Assembly: GCA_963734545.1 (NCBI GenBank)
Contig: CAVTHO010000006.1
Span: 384,001 to 448,000, forward strand
Direction of reading: 5' to 3'
Source: an uncultured Spirochaetota bacterium
Lineage (GTDB): Bacteria; Spirochaetota; Spirochaetia; SZUA-6; Fen-1364
Length of the DNA stretch: 64,000 nucleotides
The stretch's first letter is position 1. Each line of letters opens with the position of its first letter. Below, piece by piece: positions 1-10,235 of the stretch. The translations under genes and the position numbers were made by a program. The notes beneath the pieces are model-generated. The model did not search any database and was not told where the DNA came from. It saw only the letters and a program-made list of their open reading frames with translations.

Positions 1-2176
1 GCGGGGACTGGACCACCACCTTGTTCCGCGGCAGGTCGAGCAGCTCCGCCACGATAATCTGAATCTCAGAGGGGTGCTGCGTGGAGGAGTTGATGAATAT
101 AGTGCCGGACTCGCCCATCTCCGCCATGGCCGCGTGCGTCTCCAGGTAGAAATGCTCCTGGCTGCCGGAGAAGAACTCCCCTTCGAGCCGATGCGGAGAT
201 TCGGCCAGGGCCTTGTCGCAGTCTCCCCGCTTCAATACATGGGGATCCGTGTGGTAGCTGTTCTGGGAGACCGCCTCCTTGATGCCGAGGATCGGGGGCA
301 GCGGCTCGTAGTCCACTTCCACGAGCGCCGCTGCCGCGCGGCACTCCTTGACGGAATTGCCGACCACGAGCGCGATGAGCTGGCCGTGATACAGCACCTC
401 CTGGGAGGCGAGGAGCGGCTCGTCGTGCCGCGCGGTGCCCACGTTGTTGTGCCCGGGGATGTCTTCAGCGAGCAGGACCGCGACGACACCGGGAGCGCCC
501 CGCGCCTTGTCCGCGTCGCGCCGCGTGATGCGCGCCCGGGTCCGGGACGCGCAGACCGGCCAGGCTTCGAGCATGGGCCGGCGCTGGGACGTATCGTCCA
601 CGTACAGGGCGCCGCCCGTCACGTGCCCCCGGGCGCTCTCGTGCGCGAGCGCGCGTGAAGCGTCCGTCACGGGAAACTTTTCCCCGAGCGCAAAGTCCAG
701 CGCGCCGTCCTGTGCCGAGCTCTGCTCGCCGCTCACGAACTTTTCCCACAGGCTGACGATGAGCCCTTTCCGATACGCGGCGCTTCCCCGGGCGTCATCG
801 ATGGGCTGAAACTCGGCCTGGAGCGCCTTGCTCACCGCCTCCCGCGCGTCCTCGAGGCGCCGGCCTTCCGCCGCGGCCTCTGCCCGGCGGGCACGGTGCG
901 GCGTGAGCGCCACTCCGCCGTAGGCAATACGCGCCGCGCGCACTATGCCGCCTGCGTCCACGTCGGCCCTGAATGCGCCTGCCACGATGCTGATGTCCAG
1001 CTCGCGGCGCTTCGACACCTTGAGGAAGTCCACCTTCCGCGTGAGCCCCGAGGCAGGACCGGCGCGCGGAACCACGATTGCCAGGATTATTTCACCGGGC
1101 CGCAGCGCCGTCTTGCGATACCCCAGGAAGAAGTCCGCAAGGGGCAGCGTGCGCCGGGCCCTGGAGGTTCCGAGCACCAGCGTGGCATCCAGCGTGAGGA
1201 GCACCGGCGCGCTGTCTCCGATTGGAGATGCCGTGGCGATATTGCCGCCCATGGTCGCGCGATTGCGGATGCCGCGGGAGGCGAACACACGCAGCATCTT
1301 TGCCAGTGACGGGTATTCGGCCGCAACCGTCTCTTCCACCGCGGTGAGCGTGGCCGCGCTGCCGATGCGCCACGCGGAGTTGGTGCGCGTGATGCGCGTG
1401 AGCTCCGGCACGCCCTCGGTGGAGATGAGGAGCGGAAAGGAAGCGAGCTTTTTGTTGATGTCGACGCCGATCTCCGTGGCGCCTGCAACGAGACGCGCCT
1501 TCGGATGCTTTTCCAGCAGGGAGAAAAGCTCGGGCAGCGAGGTGGGGCGGAAGAACTGTTCCCCTTGCGCCGCATAGGAGAGCGCCCGCGCCGGCTCCAC
1601 CGGCGCGTCGAGCCGGCGTCTGAATGGATCCTCCACGCCGACGGAATTGTCCCTCTGCGCGAGCGCTCCCAGCGCGGCGTCCCGTATGGGCCGGTAGCCC
1701 GTGCAGCGGCAGAGGTTGCCGCTGAGCTGATCACTGAGCTGCCACGGGTCCCGACAGTCGTCCCGGTAGTATGCCTCGAACAGTGATACGACAAAGCCCG
1801 GCGTGCAGTACCCGCACTGGGAGCCGTACTGCTCCACCATGTGCGCCTGCACGGGGTGCAGCGTCTGCCCGGCAGCAAGACCTTCCACCGTCACGATCTC
1901 CCGGCCTGCGAACATGGGAAGCAGGGCGATGCAGCTGTTGAAGGCACGATAGGTCGGCGCGCCCGCGGCGTTCCGGTCCACGAGCGCCACGGTGCAGGCG
2001 CCGCAGTCCCCCTCCGCGCAGCCGCACTTGGTGCCGGTGTAGCCGTGTGTGCGCAGGTAGTCCAGCAGGGTGGTCGTCGGCGCCGCGTCCTGCACGAGAA
2101 CGGGCAGTCCGTTGATGATCATTGTGAAGCTGCCGGCGGCCGGGTGCGGTTTCACGTGAGGTTCCCTTTTCATCAT
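1..2176 (-). CDS. xdhA-xdhB: Xanthine dehydrogenase, single-chain fusion of XdhA (2x[2Fe-2S] + FAD) and XdhB (Mo-cofactor) domains; 3' end runs off the window
   Basis: Not in the ORF track because there is no stop inside the window. Manual translation from ATG 2176 (alternative starts GTG 2155, ATG 2122) gives GTKCGCAEGDCGACTV, GSQCGYCTPGF and GNLCRCTGYRPI (Fe-S motifs), then AGATE and IRNRATMGGN (FAD). It continues in frame into HESARGHVTGGALYVDD, QEHFYLET and STQHPSEIQ (XdhB). Confidence 0.9.
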   Translation of the reverse strand, partial: MMKREPHVKPHPAAGSFTMIINGLPVLVQDAAPTTTLLDYLRTHGYTGTKCGCAEGDCGACTVALVDRNAAGAPTYRAFNSCIALLPMFAGREIVTVEGLAAGQTLHPVQAHMVEQYGSQCGYCTPGFVVSLFEAYYRDDCRDPWQLSDQLSGNLCRCTGYRPIRDAALGALAQRDNSVGVEDPFRRRLDAPVEPARALSYAAQGEQFFRPTSLPELFSLLEKHPKARLVAGATEIGVDINKKLASFPLLISTEGVPELTRITRTNSAWRIGSAATLTAVEETVAAEYPSLAKMLRVFASRGIRNRATMGGNIATASPIGDSAPVLLTLDATLVLGTSRARRTLPLADFFLGYRKTALRPGEIILAIVVPRAGPASGLTRKVDFLKVSKRRELDISIVAGAFRADVDAGGIVRAARIAYGGVALTPHRARRAEAAAEGRRLEDAREAVSKALQAEFQPIDDARGSAAYRKGLIVSLWEKFVSGEQSSAQDGALDFALGEKFPVTDASRALAHESARGHVTGGALYVDDTSQRRPMLEAWPVCASRTRARITRRDADKARGAPGVVAVLLAEDIPGHNNVGTARHDEPLLASQEVLYHGQLIALVVGNSVKECRAAAALVEVDYEPLPPILGIKEAVSQNSYHTDPHVLKRGDCDKALAESPHRLEGEFFSGSQEHFYLETHAAMAEMGESGTIFINSSTQHPSEIQIIVAELLDLPRNKVVVQSP

Positions 2177-2178
2177 CG

Positions 2179-2994
2179 TCAGAGCCGGAATATCTGGAGG
2201 AGTTTTTTCTCCGTCTCTCCTTCTATCGTGGCCTCCACCTCGACGTACTGCTCCAGGCCGGAGCCGTTGAGCTTCTCCTTGAGAAGCTCGTCGAGCTGGA
2301 AGACGCCTGCGGAATTATTCATTTCCACATTGATGTGGATGGGCTTCTCGTCTCCGCTCAGGATCTCGATCTTCTCGATCGAGGCCGCGGAGAGAGAATG
2401 TATGTTGACTGCCCCTGCCTCGAAGGGGATGCGCGATCTGCCCTTGGTCATGTCCAGGGCGTCCGCAACCCGCACGATTCCCGCCTCCACGGTCATGGGC
2501 CTTCCCTCGCTGCGGTGGGAGATGATGGCGTGCAGGGTCTCGGACCGGACGATCGTGCGCGGTCCGACCTCGTACAGGCCGTCGAGGAGCCGGTCAATGA
2601 TGGGCTGCGCCACGAAGAGGCTGTACAGCTCGTGATCCGCACGCTGGATGGACATGCCCAGGTCGTGCAGGAGCGAGCCCAGCACCACCACGACCTCGGC
2701 GTCGTCATTCGCCATGCTGTAGTCCTTCACGATGCTGGGCACGATGCCGCGCTCCATGAGCTGCCGGAGCATTTTCAGCGCGATGTTCGACACGATCTGG
2801 AAATGGATGGGACCGTGATCCGTCATTCCCAGCCGGGTCACCGCGTTGACGTTCATGGCGGTCCAGAGAGCATAGAGCTCTTCATCCGCGTTGACCCGCT
2901 CGATGACCTTCTGCAGTGTCGGATTGTGCCTGACGGGAAGGCGGATCTCGACGCGCTGCCCGGACTCCTGTGCGTCTCCGCTGTTCTGCTCCAT
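2179..2994 (-). CDS. HD-superfamily metal-dependent phosphohydrolase (COG3294-like)
   Basis: DHGPIH...LLHDLG...ISH...VADALDMTKGRSRIP motifs. The stop lies 2 nt before the XDH ATG. Confidence 0.85.
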   Translation of the reverse strand: MEQNSGDAQESGQRVEIRLPVRHNPTLQKVIERVNADEELYALWTAMNVNAVTRLGMTDHGPIHFQIVSNIALKMLRQLMERGIVPSIVKDYSMANDDAEVVVVLGSLLHDLGMSIQRADHELYSLFVAQPIIDRLLDGLYEVGPRTIVRSETLHAIISHRSEGRPMTVEAGIVRVADALDMTKGRSRIPFEAGAVNIHSLSAASIEKIEILSGDEKPIHINVEMNNSAGVFQLDELLKEKLNGSGLEQYVEVEATIEGETEKKLLQIFRL

Positions 2995-3045
2995 GTCCTC
3001 GAATGTATCCTTTCGGCCCGGCCTGGTACAGGGTGCCCGCGCCCG

Positions 3046-6000
3046 TTAATTGCCGAGCGCGGTCAGGCGCCGCTGGGCAAGCTCCCAGGTGCTGTTGGGC
3101 TCCCTGTTTCCGGGCTTCTCCACCTTCGCATATGCCTGCCGGGCCGACTGGATGAAGCCATACCCCTCGGCGATCCGGCCGAACACATACCAGTCCTCGT
3201 TTCTCGGCGTGGATTCCCCGCTCAGCTCCAGGCATTTCTGCATGAGCTTCCGCGCGTCCTCGTAGCGGCCGTTCTGCGCGTACAGCGTTGCCATTGTCTG
3301 GAGAATGGCCCGGTCCTGGGAGTTGGACATGGTGACGGCTCTTCGCGCGTATTCGAGGGCCTGATCGCTCAATGCGGGCTGGAAAAGGTCCAGCCAGGCA
3401 AGGCTGTTGTAGTCATAAGCGGAGAGACGGAGCCCGGGAGTCTGCAGCAGGCTCTGGATCTTTGCAGAATCACGTTTGGCGATGGAGAGGCTCAACAGCA
3501 TGCTCATGACGACGTCACGCTGGGCCGAGGCTTTGATCCGTTCGTTCAGGAGCATCTCCATGCGGTCCCAGTTGTGCGTCTTGTACAGGGCGTCGATGTA
3601 CACCGCGAAGTTCTCGTCCTTGCCGGGATCCAGCTCCACCAGCTCTCCGGCAGCGCTCAGCATGCCCGCCCAGTCCAGGGTGTTTCGCGAGCCCCCGATG
3701 ATCGCCGTCAGGAGATCGGTCCGGGCAGCTCCTTTCGTGGCGCTCACTCGTTTCCAGGCCGGCTCGATGTCCCCGTTCTGCCGGGCAAACATGGCAGAGA
3801 GAAAGTCCACCGCGGGCTGGATGTCGGCAGGACCGCGCGTCCCGGCGCCCGGCCAGAAATCCTTGAAGCCATCCAGGTCCTTGTCGTGCGCGTTCTCCAC
3901 GTCGGACCGTATCCAGTCCAGCCACGTTGCCGCGGATGCCCAGTCCTGCCGCGCACACAGGCCGCGAAGGGCAACCGGCACCGATGCCGGCACGCCGAAC
4001 AGGGCCGCTACCTTCAGTGCGCCGCCCTCCCTGACGATGAAGAAGGTATTGAGCGTCGCGTTCTGCGCAAGTGTGCTCCTCATCACCAGGTGGTACCCCG
4101 TGCTGTCCGTTCCCTTGATGTCGTACACGCAGTGGCTCAGGATGATGTCGATGAGGCTTTCCATGGTGGTGGCCTGGTTGCGGACCACATTTGCCAGGGA
4201 GGCCCATTCGGATTTCAGATTGAGACCCTGGCTCTTCTGCATGAGAATCTCATAGAGACCCGCAGTGAGCCCTGGTTTCAGCAGGGAGAAGTCCGCGCCG
4301 TCCGCGGCGACCAGGCCTCGATAGTAGAAGTTGGCGAGCGCCGTCGGATCTTTTGGCGCGCCGTTATCCAGCTCGAAGTGCCGTGTCGATGCCATGAGGT
4401 CGGCCTGATAGTCGAGGTTCACCGCGTTGGCGGATCCGCGCGCCGCCATCCGGTACAGCTCCGAGGATTCCGCGTATTTGCCGATGGTGGCAAGCAGCGC
4501 CGCCGCGCGCGCCAGGTAGTCCTGGCGCTTTTCCCGGGAGAGCTGCGGATTCATGGCCTTGACTCCGGCGCCGGTTCCTCCTGCCGCGCTGCGCGCGGCA
4601 AGCTGGTATGTTTCCCTGTCATCCGCATTCGCGAGACCGGCTGCCATGCTCTGCACATCGCTGAACCTGCCCAGGTACCAGAGATCGACCACGGGATTCA
4701 GGTCGAGATTGTGGTCCTTGAGAGAGTCCTTGACGAGGTCATATTGAGCAGCGGAAACCGCGAGGTCGGCCTTGTTTCCATAGCGTATTCCGTTCTTGTC
4801 GTATTCGAGAAGAATCGCGTAGTCGGCGCGGGCGTACCAGACGTCGGGCGCTAGCTCCAGCGATTTACGGTACGCGGCAAGGGCGGCCTCACGGTCATAC
4901 CCCAGCCCGAAGCGCTGGCCGATCCCGTCATGCTGCAGGGTCCAGGCAAGATTGGTCCAGGCTTCGCTGTCGGCGGGCGCGAGATCCACCGCGCGGCGCG
5001 CCGCGAAGGCGGCCTCGTCACCCAGCCCGGACTTCAGGAGCGCCCGGGAAAGCCTGATCTCGTGCATGGGCTTTGCCGGTTCCCGGGCTATCAGCTCGCG
5101 GAACTTCTTGAATGCGTTCAGATAATCGCCGGCCGCGTAGAGCTGCTCCGCCTCGTGGTCGAGGATGATCTTGACGGTGCCCAGCGCATCCCGATAGTCG
5201 ATGAGGGCTTTGCGCGTGGCGTCGAACTCCGAAGGGCCGAGGCGCGCCTTGGTGGTTTCGATGGTCATGCGCACGACGACCGTTCCATCCGGGAGCCTCT
5301 CGGCCCGGGATCGGTAGGAGACGGCGCCGAGGTCCTTCTGCACCGGGTCCGGCAGGCCGCGCGGGATGAATCCCGACGGGGGATGGATGCGGTTTTCCCA
5401 GTGCACGATGAACGTCATGTTCATCCGGTAATCCTGCCGGCGCGGCTGGGCCTTCTTGTCCAGGAGCACGTTGGGCAGCCAGCTGAACAGCTCATCGGTC
5501 TTGATCGCGACCTCGGCGTATTCGGCATAGGTCGCGCCGATGGGCGTGTCATTCACGCGAAGCGTCAGCGCGAACGGCGTATCCAGGTCGTGCGCGTCCG
5601 AGTATTCGAAGGATTCCAGCTTCTTCTGACCGTAGTAGCGCTCGGCATAGGATTCGAGGTCCTTCTTGATCTCTGCCGGGTCGCCAAAGGCGTGGGTGCT
5701 GCGTTGATAGAGATCCAGGCCGCCGCCGTACGTGGTCGTCTCCGTGACGCTGCAGTTGCCGCTATCTTGTAGAAAGTAGTCGTTGACCTGCGTCGTGTCC
5801 TGATATGCGGCAGGGTAGACCGGTGTCTTTATGAGGCCGGTGGCTTCCGGCCGGGCCGGCAGCGCCCAGCGTTCCTGGTCCCAGTAGGGCAGCCTTTCAT
5901 CCCTGCTGAAATCCGACGTGGGATCCAGCCAGAGCGGCTGCGGGCCGTCCACGTACACGATGGCATGATTGAAGATGTCCATGCCGGGCATGTCCGGGAG

Positions 6001-7101
6001 GATGTCCTCTTCCGAGTCGTTCCAGAGCAGGGCGATACTGGCCCTGTACCCGGCCTGGCGGAGAAAAGAGACGAGCAGGGTCGCCTTGTCCTTGCAGTCT
6101 CCATAGCCGCGATCCAGTATTTCCCGGGGCGTGTAGGGCACGATGGAATTCGAGCCCAGCTCGAGACCCACGTAGCGGACGCGCGTGTTGATCCAGCGCA
6201 TGAGCCCGATGGAGGTCTTCACCGGATTACCGGCAACGACCGCTTCTTTCGGGACATCCACTCTCTGCGCGCTGATTTTCTGGTCGACCAGCCGCGAGTA
6301 TCCGGCGGCAAGCGCGTTCCATGAAGGGGCAGTCGTGAAGCACACGTACGGCCCGGAGGGAACGTCCCGGGGGAACCACTTCTCGGTCTTGTCGGCCGGG
6401 AATTGCCGGGTACGCAGGTATTCCCACCGTGTGGTTCCCGCCGCAACGCTGATCTGGAAAGAGGGAACGTCCTGCCCCAGGCTTTTCATCTTCACCTTGA
6501 CGGAGCCGGGGGTCTCGATGACCAGCCGGTTGACGAGCGTCGGGATACTGGAATAGAAGTTCCAGCTCCGGATGAATCCGCCGCCCTCCAGTATCGGCCG
6601 TGAGATGTTCCGTACCTCTTCCTCGACGACGGAGCCGATGTGCACCTGGGGAAAGGGGGCCTCGAGGGTCTTTCTGTCGGAATAGATATTGTCGCTGTCT
6701 CCGGTGGATTTCCCTTCCGCCAGGGTTTTTGGATCCAGGTACCAATCCCTGCCGTCGGCGTTTATCACCCGCACACGGATGTCCGGCCTGTCCTGATGCC
6801 AGGGGCTCCAGGAAACCTGGACGCCCCCCCAGCCTTTCAGCCCGTCCTCGGTGAGGATCTGGTACACGAGCTGGGTGGTCTGCTCGAGGGTGCCGTTCTC
6901 CCTGAAGCGGAATCGCCCCTGCCTGTAGAGGATGACGACATCGTTTTCACCCGGGTAGCTGCTGTTCTTTGCGGCCGCAATGACTTCCGCCGCATTCACC
7001 TGGAACAATCCCTTGCTCCAGAGGGCGTCCGCCGGTTCCTGGGCGCCGAGGCAGACCGCGGCCAGAAAAAAGAGGCACGTGGCAATCGGGATTTTCACCA
7101 T
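3046..7101 (-). CDS. Exported DUF3857 + transglutaminase-like + TPR protein (~1350 aa)
   Basis: Signal peptide from ATG 7101 (MVKIPIATCLFFLAAVCLGAQE). Transglutaminase-like triad GDCKDKA / FNHAIV / WLDPT. Helical TPR-like repeats in the C-terminal half. Confidence 0.85.
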   Translation of the reverse strand: MVKIPIATCLFFLAAVCLGAQEPADALWSKGLFQVNAAEVIAAAKNSSYPGENDVVILYRQGRFRFRENGTLEQTTQLVYQILTEDGLKGWGGVQVSWSPWHQDRPDIRVRVINADGRDWYLDPKTLAEGKSTGDSDNIYSDRKTLEAPFPQVHIGSVVEEEVRNISRPILEGGGFIRSWNFYSSIPTLVNRLVIETPGSVKVKMKSLGQDVPSFQISVAAGTTRWEYLRTRQFPADKTEKWFPRDVPSGPYVCFTTAPSWNALAAGYSRLVDQKISAQRVDVPKEAVVAGNPVKTSIGLMRWINTRVRYVGLELGSNSIVPYTPREILDRGYGDCKDKATLLVSFLRQAGYRASIALLWNDSEEDILPDMPGMDIFNHAIVYVDGPQPLWLDPTSDFSRDERLPYWDQERWALPARPEATGLIKTPVYPAAYQDTTQVNDYFLQDSGNCSVTETTTYGGGLDLYQRSTHAFGDPAEIKKDLESYAERYYGQKKLESFEYSDAHDLDTPFALTLRVNDTPIGATYAEYAEVAIKTDELFSWLPNVLLDKKAQPRRQDYRMNMTFIVHWENRIHPPSGFIPRGLPDPVQKDLGAVSYRSRAERLPDGTVVVRMTIETTKARLGPSEFDATRKALIDYRDALGTVKIILDHEAEQLYAAGDYLNAFKKFRELIAREPAKPMHEIRLSRALLKSGLGDEAAFAARRAVDLAPADSEAWTNLAWTLQHDGIGQRFGLGYDREAALAAYRKSLELAPDVWYARADYAILLEYDKNGIRYGNKADLAVSAAQYDLVKDSLKDHNLDLNPVVDLWYLGRFSDVQSMAAGLANADDRETYQLAARSAAGGTGAGVKAMNPQLSREKRQDYLARAAALLATIGKYAESSELYRMAARGSANAVNLDYQADLMASTRHFELDNGAPKDPTALANFYYRGLVAADGADFSLLKPGLTAGLYEILMQKSQGLNLKSEWASLANVVRNQATTMESLIDIILSHCVYDIKGTDSTGYHLVMRSTLAQNATLNTFFIVREGGALKVAALFGVPASVPVALRGLCARQDWASAATWLDWIRSDVENAHDKDLDGFKDFWPGAGTRGPADIQPAVDFLSAMFARQNGDIEPAWKRVSATKGAARTDLLTAIIGGSRNTLDWAGMLSAAGELVELDPGKDENFAVYIDALYKTHNWDRMEMLLNERIKASAQRDVVMSMLLSLSIAKRDSAKIQSLLQTPGLRLSAYDYNSLAWLDLFQPALSDQALEYARRAVTMSNSQDRAILQTMATLYAQNGRYEDARKLMQKCLELSGESTPRNEDWYVFGRIAEGYGFIQSARQAYAKVEKPGNREPNSTWELAQRRLTALGN

Positions 7102-7138
7102 GGATCCATTGTAGCACGGGGGCAAAATCGCGCAAATA

Positions 7139-8506
7139 TCAGCGGGATGAATCCGGCCGCAGAAATCTTCCCGACGGCTCCCCCACCACTGATCCGTCCC
7201 GGGCAACCGTGCGTCCGCGTACCAGCGTGCGCCGGACCGCCCCCTTCAGCGTGCGGCCGATATACGGGCTCAGGGCGTGCCGGTACAGGAGCTCGCTGTC
7301 CTGCAGAACGGACGCGCGTGACAGATCCACGAGCGCGAGGTCGGCGTCGGCGCCGACACGGATTCCGCCCTTGCCTGGCAGCCTGAACCGGTCCGCCACG
7401 TTCGAGGAGAGCAGCCCGGCGATCAGGGACGGAGGCAGGCCGAGTGTCAGCAGGACCCGGAGCGTCGTCTGGATCCCGCTGATCCCGCCCCAGGCTGCGA
7501 AAAAGTCCGGGGACGCGCCGCCGTTCGCGGTGGATTTGTTTTTCAGCTCCGGCGACGAGGGGGAATGATCCGAGCCGATCGTATCCACCCTGCCCGCGGC
7601 CACTTCGGCAAGGAGTTTTTCGCGCTCGTCGCTGCTGCGAAGCGGAGGAGAGCATTTCGCCGCCGCGCCCAGCCGCTCGACGTCTTCCTCTGACAGGAGC
7701 AGGTAGTGGGGGCAGGTCTCACAGGTCGCATCGCACTGTCCCGTGTCCGCGGCCTGCCTCACGAGCTCCACTCCGCGCGACGAGCTGGTGTGCACGACGT
7801 GCAGCGCGCACCCCGTCTCCTCCGCGAAGAGAAGGGCCCGGGATATGGCCTCGGCTTCAGCGATGACCGGTCGGGAGTCGAGATAGTCCCGCACGGACGT
7901 GCGGCCTTCCGACCGCGCGATCCCGGCGCGCGCGCGTGTCATTCCCTCGTTCTCCGCGTGCACCGCCACCGGCAGTCCCAGGCGCGCCGCGATCCGCATG
8001 CCCCGGTAAAGAGACTCGTCGTCACAGGCGCGGAAATCCTGGATGCCGCTGGAGGACATGAACGCCTTGAACCCGACCACACCGCACTCCGCCAGGGCTT
8101 CGAGCTGGTCGAGGTTGTCGGGGGTCAGCCCTCCCCACAGGGCAAAATCCGTTCGTGACGCGGCCCGGCAGGCGGCGAGCTTCAGCTCGAAGGAGGGAGC
8201 ATCGAGGGTGGGCGGCGAGGAGTTGAGCGGCATGTCGATGAAGCAGGTGCCGCCGCCTGCCGCGAGCGCCGCGGACCCTGTCGCGATGCCCTCCCAGTCC
8301 GTGCGGCCGGGCTCATTGAAATGGACATGGGCGTCGATCACGCCGGGGAAAGCGTGCAGACCGCGCGCGTCCATCGTCTCCTTCGCGCCTTCTGAGATCT
8401 CGGGGGCGAGGGCGGCGATTCTTCCCTCCCGTATGCCGATCCAGAGAGGAACCGGGCCCGAGGCGCCCACGACGAGCGCATCGCGGATCACGAGGTCGAG
8501 CGCCAC
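7139..8506 (-). CDS. allB: Allantoinase (amidohydrolase superfamily)
   Basis: PGVIDAHVHFNEPGRTDWEG, DMPLNSSP, GFKAF, HAEN, ETCPHYL, SDHSP, WGGISG. Start is GTG 8506; the ORF-track extension to 8899 overlaps uraH. Confidence 0.93.
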   Translation of the reverse strand: MALDLVIRDALVVGASGPVPLWIGIREGRIAALAPEISEGAKETMDARGLHAFPGVIDAHVHFNEPGRTDWEGIATGSAALAAGGGTCFIDMPLNSSPPTLDAPSFELKLAACRAASRTDFALWGGLTPDNLDQLEALAECGVVGFKAFMSSSGIQDFRACDDESLYRGMRIAARLGLPVAVHAENEGMTRARAGIARSEGRTSVRDYLDSRPVIAEAEAISRALLFAEETGCALHVVHTSSSRGVELVRQAADTGQCDATCETCPHYLLLSEEDVERLGAAAKCSPPLRSSDEREKLLAEVAAGRVDTIGSDHSPSSPELKNKSTANGGASPDFFAAWGGISGIQTTLRVLLTLGLPPSLIAGLLSSNVADRFRLPGKGGIRVGADADLALVDLSRASVLQDSELLYRHALSPYIGRTLKGAVRRTLVRGRTVARDGSVVGEPSGRFLRPDSSR

Positions 8507-8510
8507 TGCT

Positions 8511-8861
8511 TCAGCTTCCTCTATAGGTCGCGTACGACCAGGGAGAGACCAGCAGGGGGACGTGGTATTTCCCTCCCGGCTCGCTGACGATGAAGACAAC
8601 CGGCACGAGATCCAGGAACCTTCCCGCGTCAGGGTGACCGCGGCGCATGAAATAGGCCCCCACGTGGAACACGAGCTGGTAGGTCCCCGGGGACAGCGCG
8701 GGCCCTTCCAGCAGCGGGGCGTCCGTGCGTCCGTCCGCGTTCGCGACCAGCGTCTTGAGCAGGACCGCGGCCTCCGCGGTGACGCGCTCCAGGTCGATGC
8801 GCATGCCGGCCGCCGGTATGCCGCTCGCCGTGTCCAGGACATGCGTGCTGAGTCTGCCCAT
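8511..8861 (-). CDS. uraH: 5-hydroxyisourate hydrolase (transthyretin-like)
   Basis: N-terminal [17 protein letters not shown] and the C-terminal YRGS signature. Confidence 0.97.
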   Translation of the reverse strand: MGRLSTHVLDTASGIPAAGMRIDLERVTAEAAVLLKTLVANADGRTDAPLLEGPALSPGTYQLVFHVGAYFMRRGHPDAGRFLDLVPVVFIVSEPGGKYHVPLLVSPWSYATYRGS

Positions 8862-8864
8862 TGC

Positions 8865-9710
8865 TCACTCCCTTGCGACGGTCCCTTTGATGAGGCCATA
8901 AGGCTCGCTCGTGGCCGTGAAGATCTCGTTCTCGTTCGTCATCCCGAATGGCTGGAGGTTGACCAGGAGCCGATGCTGGTTGGGCATCGTGAAGCTGACG
9001 GAGCTTATCTCGGGAATACGCGCGAGCAGCGCTTCCCCCATTGCGTACAGGGTCTGCTGGACGCTCAGGCTGTCATGCGTGGCGAATGCCTCCAGGATCG
9101 TCTCTCGCGCCGTTTCGAAAACCGCGTTGAAGTCTGCCGGGCGCGCGCCATAGTCCCACGTGGCGTCGACGATGGTGGCGAAGATCCGGTCGGTGGTCTC
9201 CGGCAGCGTCGTGTACCTGTCCTTCAGGAACCCGGCGAATCGCGATCTCGTCGTCTTGATCACATCCAGTCCGGCAAGCCCGGCCCGGATGAGCGTGGCG
9301 CTTCCGCGCTTTCCGCGCACAAAGGCCGTGCGGACTGCGGATCCTTCTTTCTGGAACGCGTGCGCGTGCGGCGTGCCGTCCACCTCGATGCGCGACCACA
9401 GGGTCTGCTCCATGGAGATCTCGACCCAGTCCACGTGGCCGAAGCTTTCCAGGAAGTGGGACGCGAGGATCCGGCCGAACTCCTCCGCGGAATCGAAATC
9501 CGTGGCCTTTGCCAGCGCATACACCGTGTTCTTCATGGTGTCCGTCGGAATGCACGAAGAATTGTCGCCGTCGGTGTAAATTCGTTCGAAGGCGCCGCCC
9601 AGCGTGATCTGGACCGTGAGCTCGAAGAGGCTGTGCGTCTCCCCCTCGCGGACCACCTTGGTCAACCTCACCCTGCTCTTGCCGTAGCTGTTCTCCGTGA
9701 GCCGCGCCAC
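8865..9710 (-). CDS. pucL: Factor-independent urate oxidase (uricase)
   Basis: YGKSRVRL, DNS..IPTDTMKNTV, SVQQTLY, MPNQH and EPYGLI uricase motifs. Confidence 0.96.
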   Translation of the reverse strand: MARLTENSYGKSRVRLTKVVREGETHSLFELTVQITLGGAFERIYTDGDNSSCIPTDTMKNTVYALAKATDFDSAEEFGRILASHFLESFGHVDWVEISMEQTLWSRIEVDGTPHAHAFQKEGSAVRTAFVRGKRGSATLIRAGLAGLDVIKTTRSRFAGFLKDRYTTLPETTDRIFATIVDATWDYGARPADFNAVFETARETILEAFATHDSLSVQQTLYAMGEALLARIPEISSVSFTMPNQHRLLVNLQPFGMTNENEIFTATSEPYGLIKGTVARE

Positions 9711-9713
9711 CGC

Positions 9714-10235
9714 TCAGGTCTCCGCTACCGCATCCCGCAGCCGCAGCCGGGCAATCTTCCCGATCTCTGCAAGGGCCGTGGCGATTTCCTGCTCCCGCGT
9801 GTGAGCCAGGCGGGCGGGGAATGCCGCGAGGATCGCCTCTTTCCTGTTTTCCCGCGCGCAGATGACAAACGGCATTTCGAACTTCTCCCTGTACTCCCGG
9901 TTGTAGCGATCGAACAGATCGATGTCGATGTCGGAGAGGCTGCCCAGGCCGGCGGCTGCCTGCTCCGCTGCGGAATCCCGGGAGAGTTTTCCCTCCCGGG
10001 CCAGCCGGCCCACCAGGTCCGGGTGCGCGGAGATGAGCGCAAGCTGCTCCTCCCGTGTCGCCTTCCGCACGGTGGCCACAAGCTCCTCGTGGAGGGCCGC
10101 CAGCGTCGGAAAGGGCCGGCGCGGCCACGTCCGCGCGGCGATCCAGGGCGAGTGCTCGAACAGCGGCCCGCAGACAGCCACGAAACCGGCCTCGTCCCGG
10201 GCATTGAGGTCCGCCAGGGACGCTTTCACCTGCAT
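9714..10235 (-). CDS. uraD: OHCU decarboxylase
   Basis: FEHSPWIA, AHPDL, EQAAAGL, YREKFEMPFVIC, EIGKIARLRL. ATG at 10235 follows GGAGG. Confidence 0.95.
   Translation of the reverse strand: MQVKASLADLNARDEAGFVAVCGPLFEHSPWIAARTWPRRPFPTLAALHEELVATVRKATREEQLALISAHPDLVGRLAREGKLSRDSAAEQAAAGLGSLSDIDIDLFDRYNREYREKFEMPFVICARENRKEAILAAFPARLAHTREQEIATALAEIGKIARLRLRDAVAET

Noticed and set aside
2335-4854. Long + strand ORF (839 aa), and similarly 8043-10376 (+), 20050-21897 (+), 52071-53705 (-) and many Arg/Gly/Ala-rich ORFs
   Set aside because: These are antisense or alternate-frame shadows of motif-bearing genes, expected in high-GC DNA, and carry no domains of their own.
8507-8899. Apparent N-terminal extension of allantoinase (586-aa ORF), suggesting a fusion
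   Set aside because: The extension overlaps uraH in another frame. Allantoinase homology begins at about GTG 8506.
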